In this document: in pieces, positions 50,303-60,900 of the stretch
How the letters are laid out: every line of letters begins with the position of its first letter
Numbering within the stretch: position 1 is the stretch's first letter
Source: Candidatus Obscuribacteraceae bacterium
GTDB lineage: Bacteria > Cyanobacteriota > Vampirovibrionia > Obscuribacterales > Obscuribacteraceae
Assembly (NCBI GenBank): GCA_044226015.1
Contig: JBGAHS010000005.1
Span: 160,001 to 224,000 of the forward strand
Direction: 5' to 3'
Length of the DNA stretch: 64,000 nt
The notes under the pieces: model-generated
What the model saw: the letters and a program-made list of their open reading frames with translations, nothing else
What the model was told of the DNA's origin: nothing
Database searches by the model: none
Made by a program: the position numbers and the translations under genes

Positions 50303-50836
50303 CTAATTATTATCTGGATTAAGCTGATGAGCGAGATTCTTCCATACTTTCAAAATACGCTCTTCGAATTGAGTGTCCGGCCAGAGCTGTATGAGATAAG
50401 CATCATCGCCTTCAAAGCCCAGCTCGTCGATAGCGTCAAGGTTACTCCAGAAGAGTCGCACGCCATAATTACGCGCAGGCAAGGTCAATTTAAGTGCGTC
50501 TTCGTAGTCAGAGGTACAGCCAGTAATAAGTAACTTCCCCGAGGGAATCTCAATGTTGCATTGCGCTGCGTGATCATAATCACTTAAGTCTGGGTCTGTG
50601 CGCAGGTCTTTTTCATCCATGGGTTTGTCGTAGACTTCAAGCGTTAGATCAATGTCTTGGTCGCGTACGGTGCTAATACCGATGATGCCTTGACCGAAGA
50701 CAAATAACTGAGTTAAAAGGGCGTCGTTCCAGAATTCTGGGTAGTCGCAGTCCTCTATCTGGTCTTGAATTTGAAATTGAAAGTTGTCAGCAAATACCGA
50801 TACATGATGAACCGTTTTGCTTACTTCTTCTGACAT
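50303..50836 (-). CDS. Hypothetical acidic protein
   Basis: 177-aa ORF ending YLIQLWP. Confidence 0.7.
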   Translation of the reverse strand: MSEEVSKTVHHVSVFADNFQFQIQDQIEDCDYPEFWNDALLTQLFVFGQGIIGISTVRDQDIDLTLEVYDKPMDEKDLRTDPDLSDYDHAAQCNIEIPSGKLLITGCTSDYEDALKLTLPARNYGVRLFWSNLDAIDELGFEGDDAYLIQLWPDTQFEERILKVWKNLAHQLNPDNN

Positions 50837-50907
50837 GACTTTTTCCCAATCGTCTGAATTACCGCGTCCATTATATCAACTGCCCCTGTTGAGTTTCATT
50901 TTGCCCG

Positions 50908-50941
50908 AAAAGCAAACCCCAGAACGTTGGTTCCGGGGTTT
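50908..50941 (-). terminator. Terminator downstream of the acyltransferase gene
   Basis: AAACCCC.GAAC-GTTG-GTTC.GGGGTTT stem with a U-rich tail on the minus strand. Confidence 0.65.
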
Positions 50942-50986
50942 ATGCTCGAGGTTTTGCTTGTACTGGACTATGACTGTTTGAACTAA

Positions 50987-51799
50987 CTAGCTAACTTTCA
51001 ATTCGGGCAGCTTGGCACTAAGTTTGATCACAAGAGTTTCTGAGACTTTCGCATCGCTCTCCGCAATCACAACCTCGCTGTGCTCAATTTTGAGTAACTC
51101 TGGCCATCGGTGACGCAGTGTGTCTATGAAAAGTGCGAGGCGATCACCCATGTCTCCCAGTCCTGTGCGAAGCTTCAACACTTCATTATGCAGTCTGTCA
51201 CTTAGACCTCTGGCAACAAGGTGATCATCATTTGATTGTCTTTCAAAAAACTCACTTGTCTGAATTGGCTTTCCTAGCGCAATTTGAGCAACTTCGCCAT
51301 CTTCCGCATAGTGTATTGCGGCAGGAATTATTGGTAGGTCTATGCCTTGTTCTGCCGCAGCTAGAGCTATTCTTGCGGCACCAAGCTTGAAAGGATGTGT
51401 TACACCATCGCGGAAAATGTTTCCTTCTGGAAATACCACCATGCCCTGTCCACGCTTGAACATATCGAGAGAGTACTTTATGAAGTCGACTCTTGGATCA
51501 GCAGGAAAAGAGCCCATTGAAGCAAGAACAGCGCCTTGCGATCCCTTCAATTCGTTAGGAGAAACCATAAAGTTTGCTGGTCTACCAATCAAATCATAGA
51601 CAATCAAACCATCCCAACGTGTGATGTGATTTGAAACGAGAAGAAACGGTCCACTTTTTGGAAGATTTTGTCTGCCGATGACCTGGAAATCTCTAAAGCG
51701 AAATGCAATACAAATTTTGTTGACCAGGCTCCAGAACAAATAAACCAATATGTTCTTGCGATCTCTTAGTTCCTTCTTTTTTCTTTTTTGTGCGTTCAT
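50987..51799 (-). CDS. 1-acyl-sn-glycerol-3-phosphate acyltransferase family (PlsC-like)
   Basis: NHITRWD (HX4D), FPEG, PIIP. Confidence 0.9.
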   Translation of the reverse strand: MNAQKRKKKELRDRKNILVYLFWSLVNKICIAFRFRDFQVIGRQNLPKSGPFLLVSNHITRWDGLIVYDLIGRPANFMVSPNELKGSQGAVLASMGSFPADPRVDFIKYSLDMFKRGQGMVVFPEGNIFRDGVTHPFKLGAARIALAAAEQGIDLPIIPAAIHYAEDGEVAQIALGKPIQTSEFFERQSNDDHLVARGLSDRLHNEVLKLRTGLGDMGDRLALFIDTLRHRWPELLKIEHSEVVIAESDAKVSETLVIKLSAKLPELKVS

Positions 51800-51878
51800 G
51801 ACAGTCCTACTTCCTTACTTAGCATTTAGTGCCATGACTTTAAGATAGAACCTCTCACTGCCTTGTGGTCAGCTGATG

Positions 51879-51922
51879 GAACAGTTCAGAGACTGTGGTG
51901 CAGAACAGTTCAGAAACTGTTC
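51879..51922. promoter_or_regulatory. Tandem palindromic operator-like sites
   Basis: GAACAGTTCAGAGACTGT and GAACAGTT-CAGA-AACTGTTC, 24 bp apart. Confidence 0.55.
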
Positions 51923-51982
51923 GCGCCAGAGTTTTAATTTGGATCGTACTGCTGCCAGCAAAGTCCTTACGCTAGCGCGTTT

Positions 51983-52552
51983 TCAGCGCAAGTTGCGAAC
52001 GCGTTTTGCCATGAAAATGTCTGGCTTTCCCAAGCCATTCGCATCAGGTAGAACTCCGCAGAGCGAAAATCCCATCTTCTGATAAAACTCGAAGGGATGA
52101 TTGCGCACATTCCTTATTTCTTTCAGTGCCGCGAGGGGGTCAGGGTAGAGTTCCTTATCAAAGAGGCTCGTTGTGCCTGTCTCATCGTCAGATGCTAACC
52201 ATAAGGTCATTGCTCCTGTGTCTGCAACCCGACGCTCGAGTTCCTTCATCAAAGCGGCTCCTACTCCCATTTTTCTGTGGTCTGGATGTACCACCAGAGG
52301 ATGAATCTCGTAAGTGTTTCCGTTGTATTGTCTGAATGCTGCTATCCATCCGACCGGCTTGCCGCCTAGTACTGCGATGATGGAAATTCGACCTGCCGCA
52401 AAGGACTCTTCTACTTCTTCCATTGCTGAATTCAGGTTTGGCCATGACTGCGGAGACATGTCTGAAAAGCCAGCTATCAGCATCTGCGCAACAGCCATTT
52501 TGATGCTCAATTCTTCTGTTTCCAGATTTCTAATCTCAATTTTTGCTTGCAT
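51983..52552 (-). CDS. GNAT acetyltransferase, AAC(6')-Ia-like
   Basis: EIHPLVV, LASDDE, TTSL, HPFEFYQKMGF, GVLPDANGLGKPDIFMAK. Confidence 0.82.
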   Translation of the reverse strand: MQAKIEIRNLETEELSIKMAVAQMLIAGFSDMSPQSWPNLNSAMEEVEESFAAGRISIIAVLGGKPVGWIAAFRQYNGNTYEIHPLVVHPDHRKMGVGAALMKELERRVADTGAMTLWLASDDETGTTSLFDKELYPDPLAALKEIRNVRNHPFEFYQKMGFSLCGVLPDANGLGKPDIFMAKRVRNLR

Positions 52553-52639
52553 TTGTTTGGCTCTTTAGAACGTCGCTACTGTTAGATCTGTTTAAGCTCT
52601 ATCAAATGAGCTTCTTGGCAAGATCTTTTCTCTGTCTCT

Positions 52640-52739
52640 AAAAAGAACTTCCCTCCAAAGGTGAGCGGGAGGGAAGGACTCTTGTGGTGGATTAGGTAAG
52701 GAGGAAACATGACATTCAGACTATTAGGGACTAAATGCA
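52640..52739 (-). ncRNA. Candidate sRNA (hairpin, anti-SD linker, terminator)
   Basis: CTGACC-N17-CATAAT promoter, linker CAUGUUUCCUCCUUA, CTTCCCTCC/GGAGGGAAG stem with U tail. Confidence 0.5.
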
Positions 52740-52794
52740 TGTGAAATTATGATATCAGCGTGGAAACTGGTCAGCTGTAAAAAACTTTGAAGGT

Positions 52795-52897
52795 CCGACA
52801 GGTAGCTGACAACCGCCCGGCAATTGCCAGGCAACTACCCGACAACTGGCGATTGCCTGTAACTACTGGCGATTGCTGCAGCTGTCCAACAATAGCC
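52795..52897. repeat. Degenerate ~11-bp tandem repeat
   Basis: CCGACAGGTAG CTGACAACCGC CCGGCAATTGC CAGGCAACTAC CCGACAAC... CTGGCGATTGC. Confidence 0.55.
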
Positions 52898-52931
52898 AAG
52901 TATCCGCGTACCTGGAGACTCAGCACGTCTT

Positions 52932-54197
52932 TCAAAGCAATTTTTCGAGATCTCGACTCATTTCTCTGGTGTTTTGATAGCGCTGCGCAGGCTGCTTTTG
53001 CAGGCACTTCAACACGATTTGATCGATCAGCGAATCTTTTGCGATGTCTGCTCTTTTCTCTGAAGGAGCTTTGGGGACGCCAATTAGATGTTGTGCCACT
53101 AAGCCTTCTACTGTTCTAGCTTTTAATGGAAGGTCGGCGGTAAGAATTTCGAAAAGTACAATTCCGAGAGCGTAGATGTCAGCTCTTCCATCTATTGGCT
53201 CGTCCTTCAGCTGCTCTGGAGATATGTATTCCATAGTACCGATTACGGTGCCGGTCTTTGTCATTCGTTCTTTGGCGCTAATGAGGCGAGCTATACCGAA
53301 GTCGACAATTTTTACGGTGTCGATCTTATGACTTCTGTCCTGTACAACAATGTTATCTGGTTTCAAATCTCGATGCACGACGCCTGCTTCATGAGCTTCG
53401 AGCAAACCCGAACAAATTTGTGTCATTATTGCTGCCGCTGCTTTAACTGGGGCTGGTCCGCGATCATCAATTAGATTACGAAGAGACTCACCTTTTACGT
53501 GCTCCATCACCATATACGGTATGACACCATCCAGAGTGCCTGAATCAAATATTGTGACAACGTTTGGATGTCTAACCCGAGCTATTAATCTACATTCTTG
53601 ATCAAAACGGTTAATGTGTTCTTTGTCGGTTTTTAACGAGTCATGCATTATTTTCACTACGACTGTGCGCTCCATCGTAATGTCGAAGGCTCGCCAAACC
53701 AGAGCCATGCCGCCCGCACCAATTTGTTCTTCCAGTCGGTAGCGATCATTTATCAGTAACCCAGTTGATAATGAGCCCTCATGGAAGGCTTTTTCGATTG
53801 CCTTTGCAGTGTAATTATTTGCTCGTCGCAGGCACGTTTTCATGCGAGCGTGGAGATCACGCACCTGAAAAGGTTTAGTTATGTAGTCGTCAGCCCCGCA
53901 GTCAAAGCCAATCTCCTGGTCATCTAAATCAGTGTGTCCGGTGACCATAATGATTGGAGCCAGACCACCTTGTTCGCGGTATTCTCGACAAAGTTCGATG
54001 CCGCTGGCACCACCCGGCAAGTCCCAATCGATGATCAACAAATCGAAATGCCGTGTGTATAACACTTTTCTTGCTGATTCGGCAGAGTTGTGCGAACTAA
54101 CCTTAAAGCCTTTAGAAATCAGGAAATCTTGTAAGACTGTGATGAGACTCTGGTCGTCATCTACAAGCAGAACGGCGTAGGTTTTATCCTGGTTCAA
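52932..54197 (-). CDS. Receiver domain fused to a Hanks-type Ser/Thr kinase
   Basis: VDDD, IDWDLP, TKPF; GAGGM, VKIM, HRDLKPDN, DFG, SPE. Confidence 0.93.
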   Translation of the reverse strand: MNQDKTYAVLLVDDDQSLITVLQDFLISKGFKVSSHNSAESARKVLYTRHFDLLIIDWDLPGGASGIELCREYREQGGLAPIIMVTGHTDLDDQEIGFDCGADDYITKPFQVRDLHARMKTCLRRANNYTAKAIEKAFHEGSLSTGLLINDRYRLEEQIGAGGMALVWRAFDITMERTVVVKIMHDSLKTDKEHINRFDQECRLIARVRHPNVVTIFDSGTLDGVIPYMVMEHVKGESLRNLIDDRGPAPVKAAAAIMTQICSGLLEAHEAGVVHRDLKPDNIVVQDRSHKIDTVKIVDFGIARLISAKERMTKTGTVIGTMEYISPEQLKDEPIDGRADIYALGIVLFEILTADLPLKARTVEGLVAQHLIGVPKAPSEKRADIAKDSLIDQIVLKCLQKQPAQRYQNTREMSRDLEKLL

Positions 54198-54232
54198 TGT
54201 GATTGCCTCAGAAAAGGCATTTTAAAATGCGA

Positions 54233-54269
54233 ATGGTGCACGGAATAGCTCCTGTATCCCGTGCACCAT
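54233..54269. terminator. Hairpin at the end of the smc operon
   Basis: ATGGTGCACGG...CCGTGCACCAT. Confidence 0.5.
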
Positions 54270-54285
54270 AAACTTAGTGAACTTG

Positions 54286-54873
54286 TTATTGTCTTGCCCA
54301 GAATGGCGTGGAGAAACCGTTTGAAGCTGTTGGATTCGCTTGTGATATTTCTGGGAAAAGAGTGTCGAGCGAGAAGCTGCTGCCATTGCTGGTATTAGCT
54401 AAGGCTCTGGTCAGGCTACCCGTGGCACTAGCACTGGTGCTTGCCGGTTTGCTTGAATTGACAATCCTTATGTTTGCTGGACAAAAGACATAAACATTCT
54501 CAGTCATTTTGTGGAAGTCGCCATCAAGAGCAGCTGAGGCTCCTGCAACGAAGTCAACAAGCCGGTTAGAATCGGTTTTCTTCAATTTGTCGAGCGAAAT
54601 AGTGGTAGCGTTACGCGCTCTGAGAGCTTCCACCACATCTAGTGCTTCTTCAAATGAAACTGGTGCGAACATCGATATCTGAGTAGCCAGTCTTCCGCCA
54701 CTACTGGCGGAGACAGATGGTGCTGTCAAATTGCGCTCAGCAATCGGCGGAAATAGATCGACCTCTTTTTTGGGAGGACGATTACTTGCAGGAGTTGACG
54801 GCTTTTCAGCCTTTTCCTGACTCGGTTCCTTCGGTTCTTGAGACATAAGTTGTTCCTTGCGCTTTCCAAACAC
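54286..54873 (-). CDS. sepF: Cell division protein SepF
   Basis: PVSFEEA...RLVDFVAG...DG...VFCP core; start is GTG 54873 or ATG 54846. Confidence 0.88.
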   Translation of the reverse strand: MFGKRKEQLMSQEPKEPSQEKAEKPSTPASNRPPKKEVDLFPPIAERNLTAPSVSASSGGRLATQISMFAPVSFEEALDVVEALRARNATTISLDKLKKTDSNRLVDFVAGASAALDGDFHKMTENVYVFCPANIRIVNSSKPASTSASATGSLTRALANTSNGSSFSLDTLFPEISQANPTASNGFSTPFWARQ

Positions 54874-54954
54874 GACCAATCTCTCCTCATTATCCTTTTT
54901 TAGGATCAATTGGCAAGGGCCAATTCGAATTAATAGTAAGATGGCAGCAATATA

Positions 54955-55698
54955 TCACAAAAGATCACTAAACAGGTAGTCCGCAAGTGCCTCAGCCATG
55001 ATTAGATCTAACGGATGGGTCAATTTCAGATTATGAGTCGGACCTTGCACTATATGCACCTCATGTCCGGCCCATTCCAAAAGTGCGACATCATCGGTAG
55101 TACTATAGCCCGAAAGGACTGCTTCTTGATGAGCCCCGAAGAGAAGGTTAAATCGTGCTACTTGGGGCGTTTGAACAGCCACTAACTCATCTCGTTTAAG
55201 AGTTTCGACAATACGGCTGCCGTCGACTCGCTTTATTGTATCGGACACAGCACTACCTACGGTGCATGCTGATAGTTCAATTGCTTTGCGTGTTACAAGA
55301 TCAATCGTTTGTAGATCTAAAAATGGACGAGCTGCATCATGAACCATAACGTATTCTGGCGGTGTCTGCGATTGGCTTAGCTCTTTTAAGCCTTTGAAGA
55401 CCGACTCCTGGCGAGTTTTGCCTCCGCTTATAACCGTGACTTCTTGACGAATATTGAACCGTGCTGTGTAGAGACCTATTTCCGCTGTTATTTCAGGCAC
55501 CATATCTGAAGGTGCACAAATTACTATCCTAGATACCAAATGGTGACTTGCAAATGCCTTTATGCTCCACACGTAAAGAGGCAAGCCTCTCAATGTCAGA
55601 AACTGCTTTGGCTTTTGCTCAGAATTTGGTTTTGCAAATCTCGAACCAGAGCCGCCTGCTGCGATGACTACAGCAAAATCTGCTCCGGAATTATGCAT
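54955..55698 (-). CDS. ispD: 2-C-methyl-D-erythritol 4-phosphate cytidylyltransferase
   Basis: AAGGSGSRF, KQF, RQESV, VHDAARP, QTPQ, TDD. Confidence 0.95.
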   Translation of the reverse strand: MHNSGADFAVVIAAGGSGSRFAKPNSEQKPKQFLTLRGLPLYVWSIKAFASHHLVSRIVICAPSDMVPEITAEIGLYTARFNIRQEVTVISGGKTRQESVFKGLKELSQSQTPPEYVMVHDAARPFLDLQTIDLVTRKAIELSACTVGSAVSDTIKRVDGSRIVETLKRDELVAVQTPQVARFNLLFGAHQEAVLSGYSTTDDVALLEWAGHEVHIVQGPTHNLKLTHPLDLIMAEALADYLFSDLL

Positions 55699-55699
55699 T

Positions 55700-56494
55700 T
55701 TAGCTCAAGGTTTCTGGTGTGCTAAGTTCAACTGCAGATGCAGTGTTCATTGCAACAGCCTCAGCTTCAATATTTGTACTTTCAGTTTCCACGGCAACGT
55801 CTTCTGTCAGAGCTGAAAGAACCGATGAAATGTTCTCTGTGGCTGCAACCATGTCGCTTGTGGCATCCGAACCGTTTTCAGCTCGCACCATTTCAGGCTG
55901 AATCGCATCAGTGCTTTCACCCGGCTCGAAGGACATATCATTGATGTCGCCATCAGGGTTAGTGCTTCCATCGGGGTTGACAAGATCAGTCTTGTCCTTC
56001 TTTTTCATTTCGCGCTTCAAGTAGCTTCGAAGAGACTTGCCATCTTTTGTTAATCGGAAGTATTCCTGGAACTGCTTGGTTGTGCTCAAGAGCGGCGAGC
56101 GATTTTTTTCGTCTTCTCGTTTAGTTACCAATCCGCGAAGAACCAGCTCTTTAATGTGGTCATAAGCGCCAGCGCCCCGAATACGAATGATTTCAGATTG
56201 AGGTATAGGTTGCTTTATCGCAATTGCAGAAAGTGTTCTTAATTGAGCCGCACTCATTTCAATCGGCAGGAACTCGTCCATAAGATTAGCGAACTGATCA
56301 CGAACCTGGAATGAATAGCCGTCTTCGTCAGCTATCTCCAGCCCACCCTGACGTTCTTCATACTCATGGATGAGTTCTAAGATGGCCGCACGCACAATCT
56401 GAACTTCTTCACCGACAATACCGGCGATCGCCTGCGCTCGCAGAGGTTTGTCTGTGAGGTAGAGAACTGCTTCGATTTTTGCTTTCAGTGACAT
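55700..56494 (-). CDS. scpB: SMC-Scp complex subunit ScpB
   Basis: IEAVLY, LRTLSAIAIKQPI, IRG, TTKQFQEYF. Confidence 0.94.
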   Translation of the reverse strand: MSLKAKIEAVLYLTDKPLRAQAIAGIVGEEVQIVRAAILELIHEYEERQGGLEIADEDGYSFQVRDQFANLMDEFLPIEMSAAQLRTLSAIAIKQPIPQSEIIRIRGAGAYDHIKELVLRGLVTKREDEKNRSPLLSTTKQFQEYFRLTKDGKSLRSYLKREMKKKDKTDLVNPDGSTNPDGDINDMSFEPGESTDAIQPEMVRAENGSDATSDMVAATENISSVLSALTEDVAVETESTNIEAEAVAMNTASAVELSTPETLS

Positions 56495-56507
56495 GAGTTC
56501 AAGACTC

Positions 56508-57989
56508 CTATTGATCGATATCTGTTGTATCTGCTAAAGCTGTATCTGCAGGCTCAACCGATGCTTCGGGCATCAAAGATCCATTATCCACTGAATTCGA
56601 ATTTCTTGCTTCAAAATTATTTGAATCATTTTTAGGATTTGAGTCTTCGTTTGAAGCTTCTTCGCTGCTAGCTGAGGCTGACTTAGTCTTTTTCTTGATT
56701 ATTGATTTAGGCCGACGTGTAGTTTTTGCCGCAGCAGCACTTCTATTTGCAGGTTTAGATTTAGCCTTCTCTTTTGCTTTTCTAATATCGATAACATTGC
56801 TGTTGTCGATTTCTTCATCGCTTTCCTTTGGAAATAGCTTATTCGGGTCGAATTCAGCATGAATTGAAGCGATTGAGCCCGCGCTGCCATCAGTGCCGGT
56901 GGCAGTCAATTCCTGCGTTGCATCACTTCGGGTAAGGTAAAGCGGTCCGTAGAATACTTCTTGTTCCAAGGTAATTTTTCCAGCATTTGACAAGAAGAGG
57001 ACTGCAAGAAAGGCGTCTACCCAGTCTCCTCGTCCGCCCATTTGACCGAGCAGTTCTTTCAGAGAGATTCGCAACATGCTGGTCATTATCTTGACCAATA
57101 ATTGTTCAATGCGAACAATAACGTCCTCGATATCTTCGTCGTGTGCAAGGTCGAGAATGTCTGCCATGTCTTCCATGGCATGATAACCATCCATAGCAAT
57201 GATGGCATCGTGCTCAGGCTCGCGCTGTTTTCGTTCTTGTCTTTTCTTATCGATTCGTTCAGCTTCACGCAAAGATTCAATAAGTTGTTCAAGTGTAACT
57301 CTGCGTTGGCGTGATTGCTTTTGTTGTCTGGAACGTCGCACCAGCGCACGTTGCAAATCAGCTAACGTAATCTGTCTACCTACAGCCTCATCATTTGAGT
57401 CATAAATTATGGGACTGCCTTCCATGTCGAAGTCCATAAAGTCGTCAGTGACAGCATCAAGGTCTTCGATTCTAGTAATTAGAAGCGCTTCTGCTTTCAG
57501 GCGTAACAGAACTGAAGCGTGGAAGATAATCTTGCCGCTCTGTCTCAGGTTTTCTCGTGGTGCCGCCGCTACAGCTTTGAGGAATCGGTCTGTAGCATCG
57601 ATGATATCGATGTTTTTCGGATCAAGATCCCCTTTCTGTGCCATTTGCACGAGAATTTCGATACCACCAGAATCTTTTTCTTGCAATAACGAACTGTAAT
57701 CAGGCTCGTTACTGGGTTCAGGCTTTTTATCACCGACAACTTTCAAATCTGCAAGTTGCGATTCGAGTTCAAGCGGTGTAGGTAAAGAAAGCTGAGCACC
57801 CCTGGTTGGAACTGGTCCAATAGGATCAATATTCAGACTTGGTGGCGCTGGTATCTCTGTAGACTTCTGTGCAGCTGAGCTAGCATTAGTTTTGTCGGTG
57901 CTTGAATTATCCGGCAATTGCGGCGGCTTAATATCGAGCGGAATGGTCATTTGCTCGAGAATAAGTTCGTCGTCTGGAAAATCAGGCAT
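56508..57989 (-). CDS. scpA: Segregation and condensation protein A (kleisin)
   Basis: LDPKNIDII, LLRLKAEALL, FLAVLFL...LEQEVFYG. Confidence 0.92.
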   Translation of the reverse strand: MPDFPDDELILEQMTIPLDIKPPQLPDNSSTDKTNASSAAQKSTEIPAPPSLNIDPIGPVPTRGAQLSLPTPLELESQLADLKVVGDKKPEPSNEPDYSSLLQEKDSGGIEILVQMAQKGDLDPKNIDIIDATDRFLKAVAAAPRENLRQSGKIIFHASVLLRLKAEALLITRIEDLDAVTDDFMDFDMEGSPIIYDSNDEAVGRQITLADLQRALVRRSRQQKQSRQRRVTLEQLIESLREAERIDKKRQERKQREPEHDAIIAMDGYHAMEDMADILDLAHDEDIEDVIVRIEQLLVKIMTSMLRISLKELLGQMGGRGDWVDAFLAVLFLSNAGKITLEQEVFYGPLYLTRSDATQELTATGTDGSAGSIASIHAEFDPNKLFPKESDEEIDNSNVIDIRKAKEKAKSKPANRSAAAAKTTRRPKSIIKKKTKSASASSEEASNEDSNPKNDSNNFEARNSNSVDNGSLMPEASVEPADTALADTTDIDQ

Positions 57990-60900
57990 TTACTAATTGC
58001 TCCTCATCAGGAATACGCACATCAGCAATTCCCACTGTCTTCGAAAAACCATCGGCACGCAGTGAAACACCGATAGCGTGGTCGGAATTTTCAATCATTG
58101 GTCGGCGCAAGCTCACAACAACAAATTGCGCCTGTTTAGATTGACGTTTAACCATTCGAGCAAGGCGGTCTGCGTTGGCACCATCTAACATCATGTCGAC
58201 TTCATCGAATGCATAGAACGGTGCTGGAGCAAATCGCTGGAACGCAAACACAAACGAAAGGGCAGTGAGAGATTTCTCTCCTCCAGACAGGGCTTCGATG
58301 CGTTGCATCTTCTTGTCTCTTGGCTGTGCTCTGATTACCAGACCTCCAGCAAATGGATCTTCCGGATTTTCAAGCTCAAGCTTTCCACTTCCGTGGGAGA
58401 GCTCGGCAAAAATTTCGCGGAAATTAGCGTCGATGGCAGTGAAGGCTTCCATAAAGGTATTTTTCTTCAGTTCGCCATAACCACCAATGCGCTGATTGAT
58501 TTCATCACGTTCCTGACTGAGCGTTTCAAGATAGTCAGTTAGCTCTTCCTGCCTTGTCCGTGTCTGGTTATATTCTTCAAGAGCCTTCATATTTACTGGC
58601 TCAAGAGCTCGCATTCTTCTATCGAGTCTGTCGATTTGATTCTTCAATTGCTCGATGGTAGAAGCAGATGGTGGTTTGAAATCAGGTGTTTCAACCAGAA
58701 TGTGCTCAAGTTCAGCTCTAGCTGCAGCAAGTTGAATCTTCAACTCATGCAACTGTAGTTTGTGCTTGTTGCGTTCTTCATCCAGGAATTTGAGTTGTTC
58801 GCTGGTTCTGGTCTTCGCAATTTCAATTTCTGTGATTTCGTTCTGAACCTTTTCCTTAGCCTGATGCAATTGCATAAGCTCTTTGGAGATTTCTGCTGAC
58901 TTTCTCTCGAGTTCTTTGATATCAGCGGTTAGCTGCTTGATAGATTCTTCGTACTGAGGCTTATCTGCTGAGAGTGTGGTCAATTCTTTTTGAACCAGAT
59001 CAAGCTGATCTGCCAGGCTCACTTTGTTCGATTGTTCGACTCTTTCCTCGGTTTCGATTCTGTCGAGCATTCGTTCACTGTCTTTGGCACCGCGCTCGAT
59101 GGCATCGATTTCTTGCTTAAGCTCTTCGGACTCTCCTATGAGTCTGTCCAGCTCCGAGCGTTTACCACCGGCCGTGATATCAGCAAGCTCATCTTGCAGT
59201 TTGTCTATTTGCTTAGACAAACCATTGATTTTGCCGTCAATTCCACTGAGTTCGGTTTCAACGCTTTCGATTTCGTCGCCCATACTGCGCAAGCGAGGTT
59301 TAAGCGTATTGACGAGTTCTTCACATTGAGCAAGCTCTTCTTTCCGCTTATCTAATTCTGATTGGCGCTGAGCAACTGAGGTCGCTGCCTGATTTTGTTT
59401 CTGTCTATCTTGAGAGAGAGATTGATTCAATTCTTTGATGGAATCAGCCAACCAGCGCATATCGTCTGCTAGCTGCTTTGCTTTGGTCTTCAAAGAACCG
59501 AGGTCATTTGACTCTTTCTGGTTGAATTTCAATCTTGGACGATTCGAAATACCACCGCTGATTGTGCCGTGTTTTTCGAGCAATTCGCCTTCCAGCGTCA
59601 CCATTCTTGCGGTGTTGAGCATCTTTCTGGCAGAGTCAAGATTGTCAACGACTACAGTTTGACCGCAAGCATATTGAAATGCGCGTGTGTAGGCAGGGTT
59701 GAAATTGACCAGATTGTATGCAAAATCGATGACCCCGGGTCTGTTAGGCAACAAACCTGGCGGTTGGGACATTATCTTGTTTAATGGGACGAACGTTGCA
59801 CGACCTGCTTTCTGCTCTTTCAAAAGCTGAATGCATCTTTCAGCGACACGGTCGTCTTCCACAACTATGTCTGCAAGTCTTCCCCCGATAGCTATTTCAA
59901 GCGCAAGTTCATACTGCTCATCGACTTTTCCAAGCTGTCCTATGGTGCCGCAAACACCAGGAATGTTTGCATTCAAAACAGCTTCAACTGCTCGACCATA
60001 ACCACTTTCGCCTACCACATCACGGGTTGTTTCCAACTCGATAAGTCTGCGGTTGATCTGCTCAAGCTCCTTACGTTTTTGCTCGATTTCGTCTTGAGTG
60101 CTTTCGATTTCGTTTTCAGCCTGCCTGATGTTTCGGGTGATACCGAATGAACTAGCTTGTTCGTCCTGGAGTTTTCTTTCCAGACCTATAAGCATGTTTT
60201 TCAAAGCAGCGGATTTGCCAATTGACTCTGTTGCAGAATCTCTTGCGACCACCAATTCCTTTTCGAGTTGTTCTTTGCGGGTCTTCAGTTCAGTTTTGCG
60301 AACTTCTAGCTGGTGTCGCTCGTCTCTCAGCCTCTGAAGGTCTTCATGCAGTGACATACCTTTAGTTGAGGTTTTGTCGCGCTCTTTGCGGGCAATTTCA
60401 AGTTCAGCAAGAACGGCACTATGTGCACCTTGCTTCTCCATGAGAACAAGCTGCACAGCTTTGAGGTCAGCGTCATGCTGTTTTTTCTCTCCAGCGAGTT
60501 CGTTCAAGCGTCTTTCGATAGCTTTTATTTGAGCCGCCAGACTCTTCTGAGACTTCGTTTTCTCGCTTATTACGCCGGCGAGATTTGACAAACGCGTTTC
60601 TTCGCGAATCAAATCCCCTCGTTTATTTTCTAATTCCTGTCGCAACAAGAGCTGTTCATTGCCGCCCTTTTCCTTGATTTCGTCATCTAGTCTGGCCATC
60701 TCAACTCGATGTGCCAGCAAAGTAAGCTCTGCTTCGTCTCTCTGAGCGATGAGCTTTTCTTCTTTCTCGTTAAGTTCAAGAATGAGGTTCATAACCTCAT
60801 CATTCTTCGTCTCGAGATCTTTCACACGTACATATATAAGATCGCGCTCAAGCTTGTCCTTTTGAGACTTGAGATCAAGATATTTCAAAGCCTGATCACG

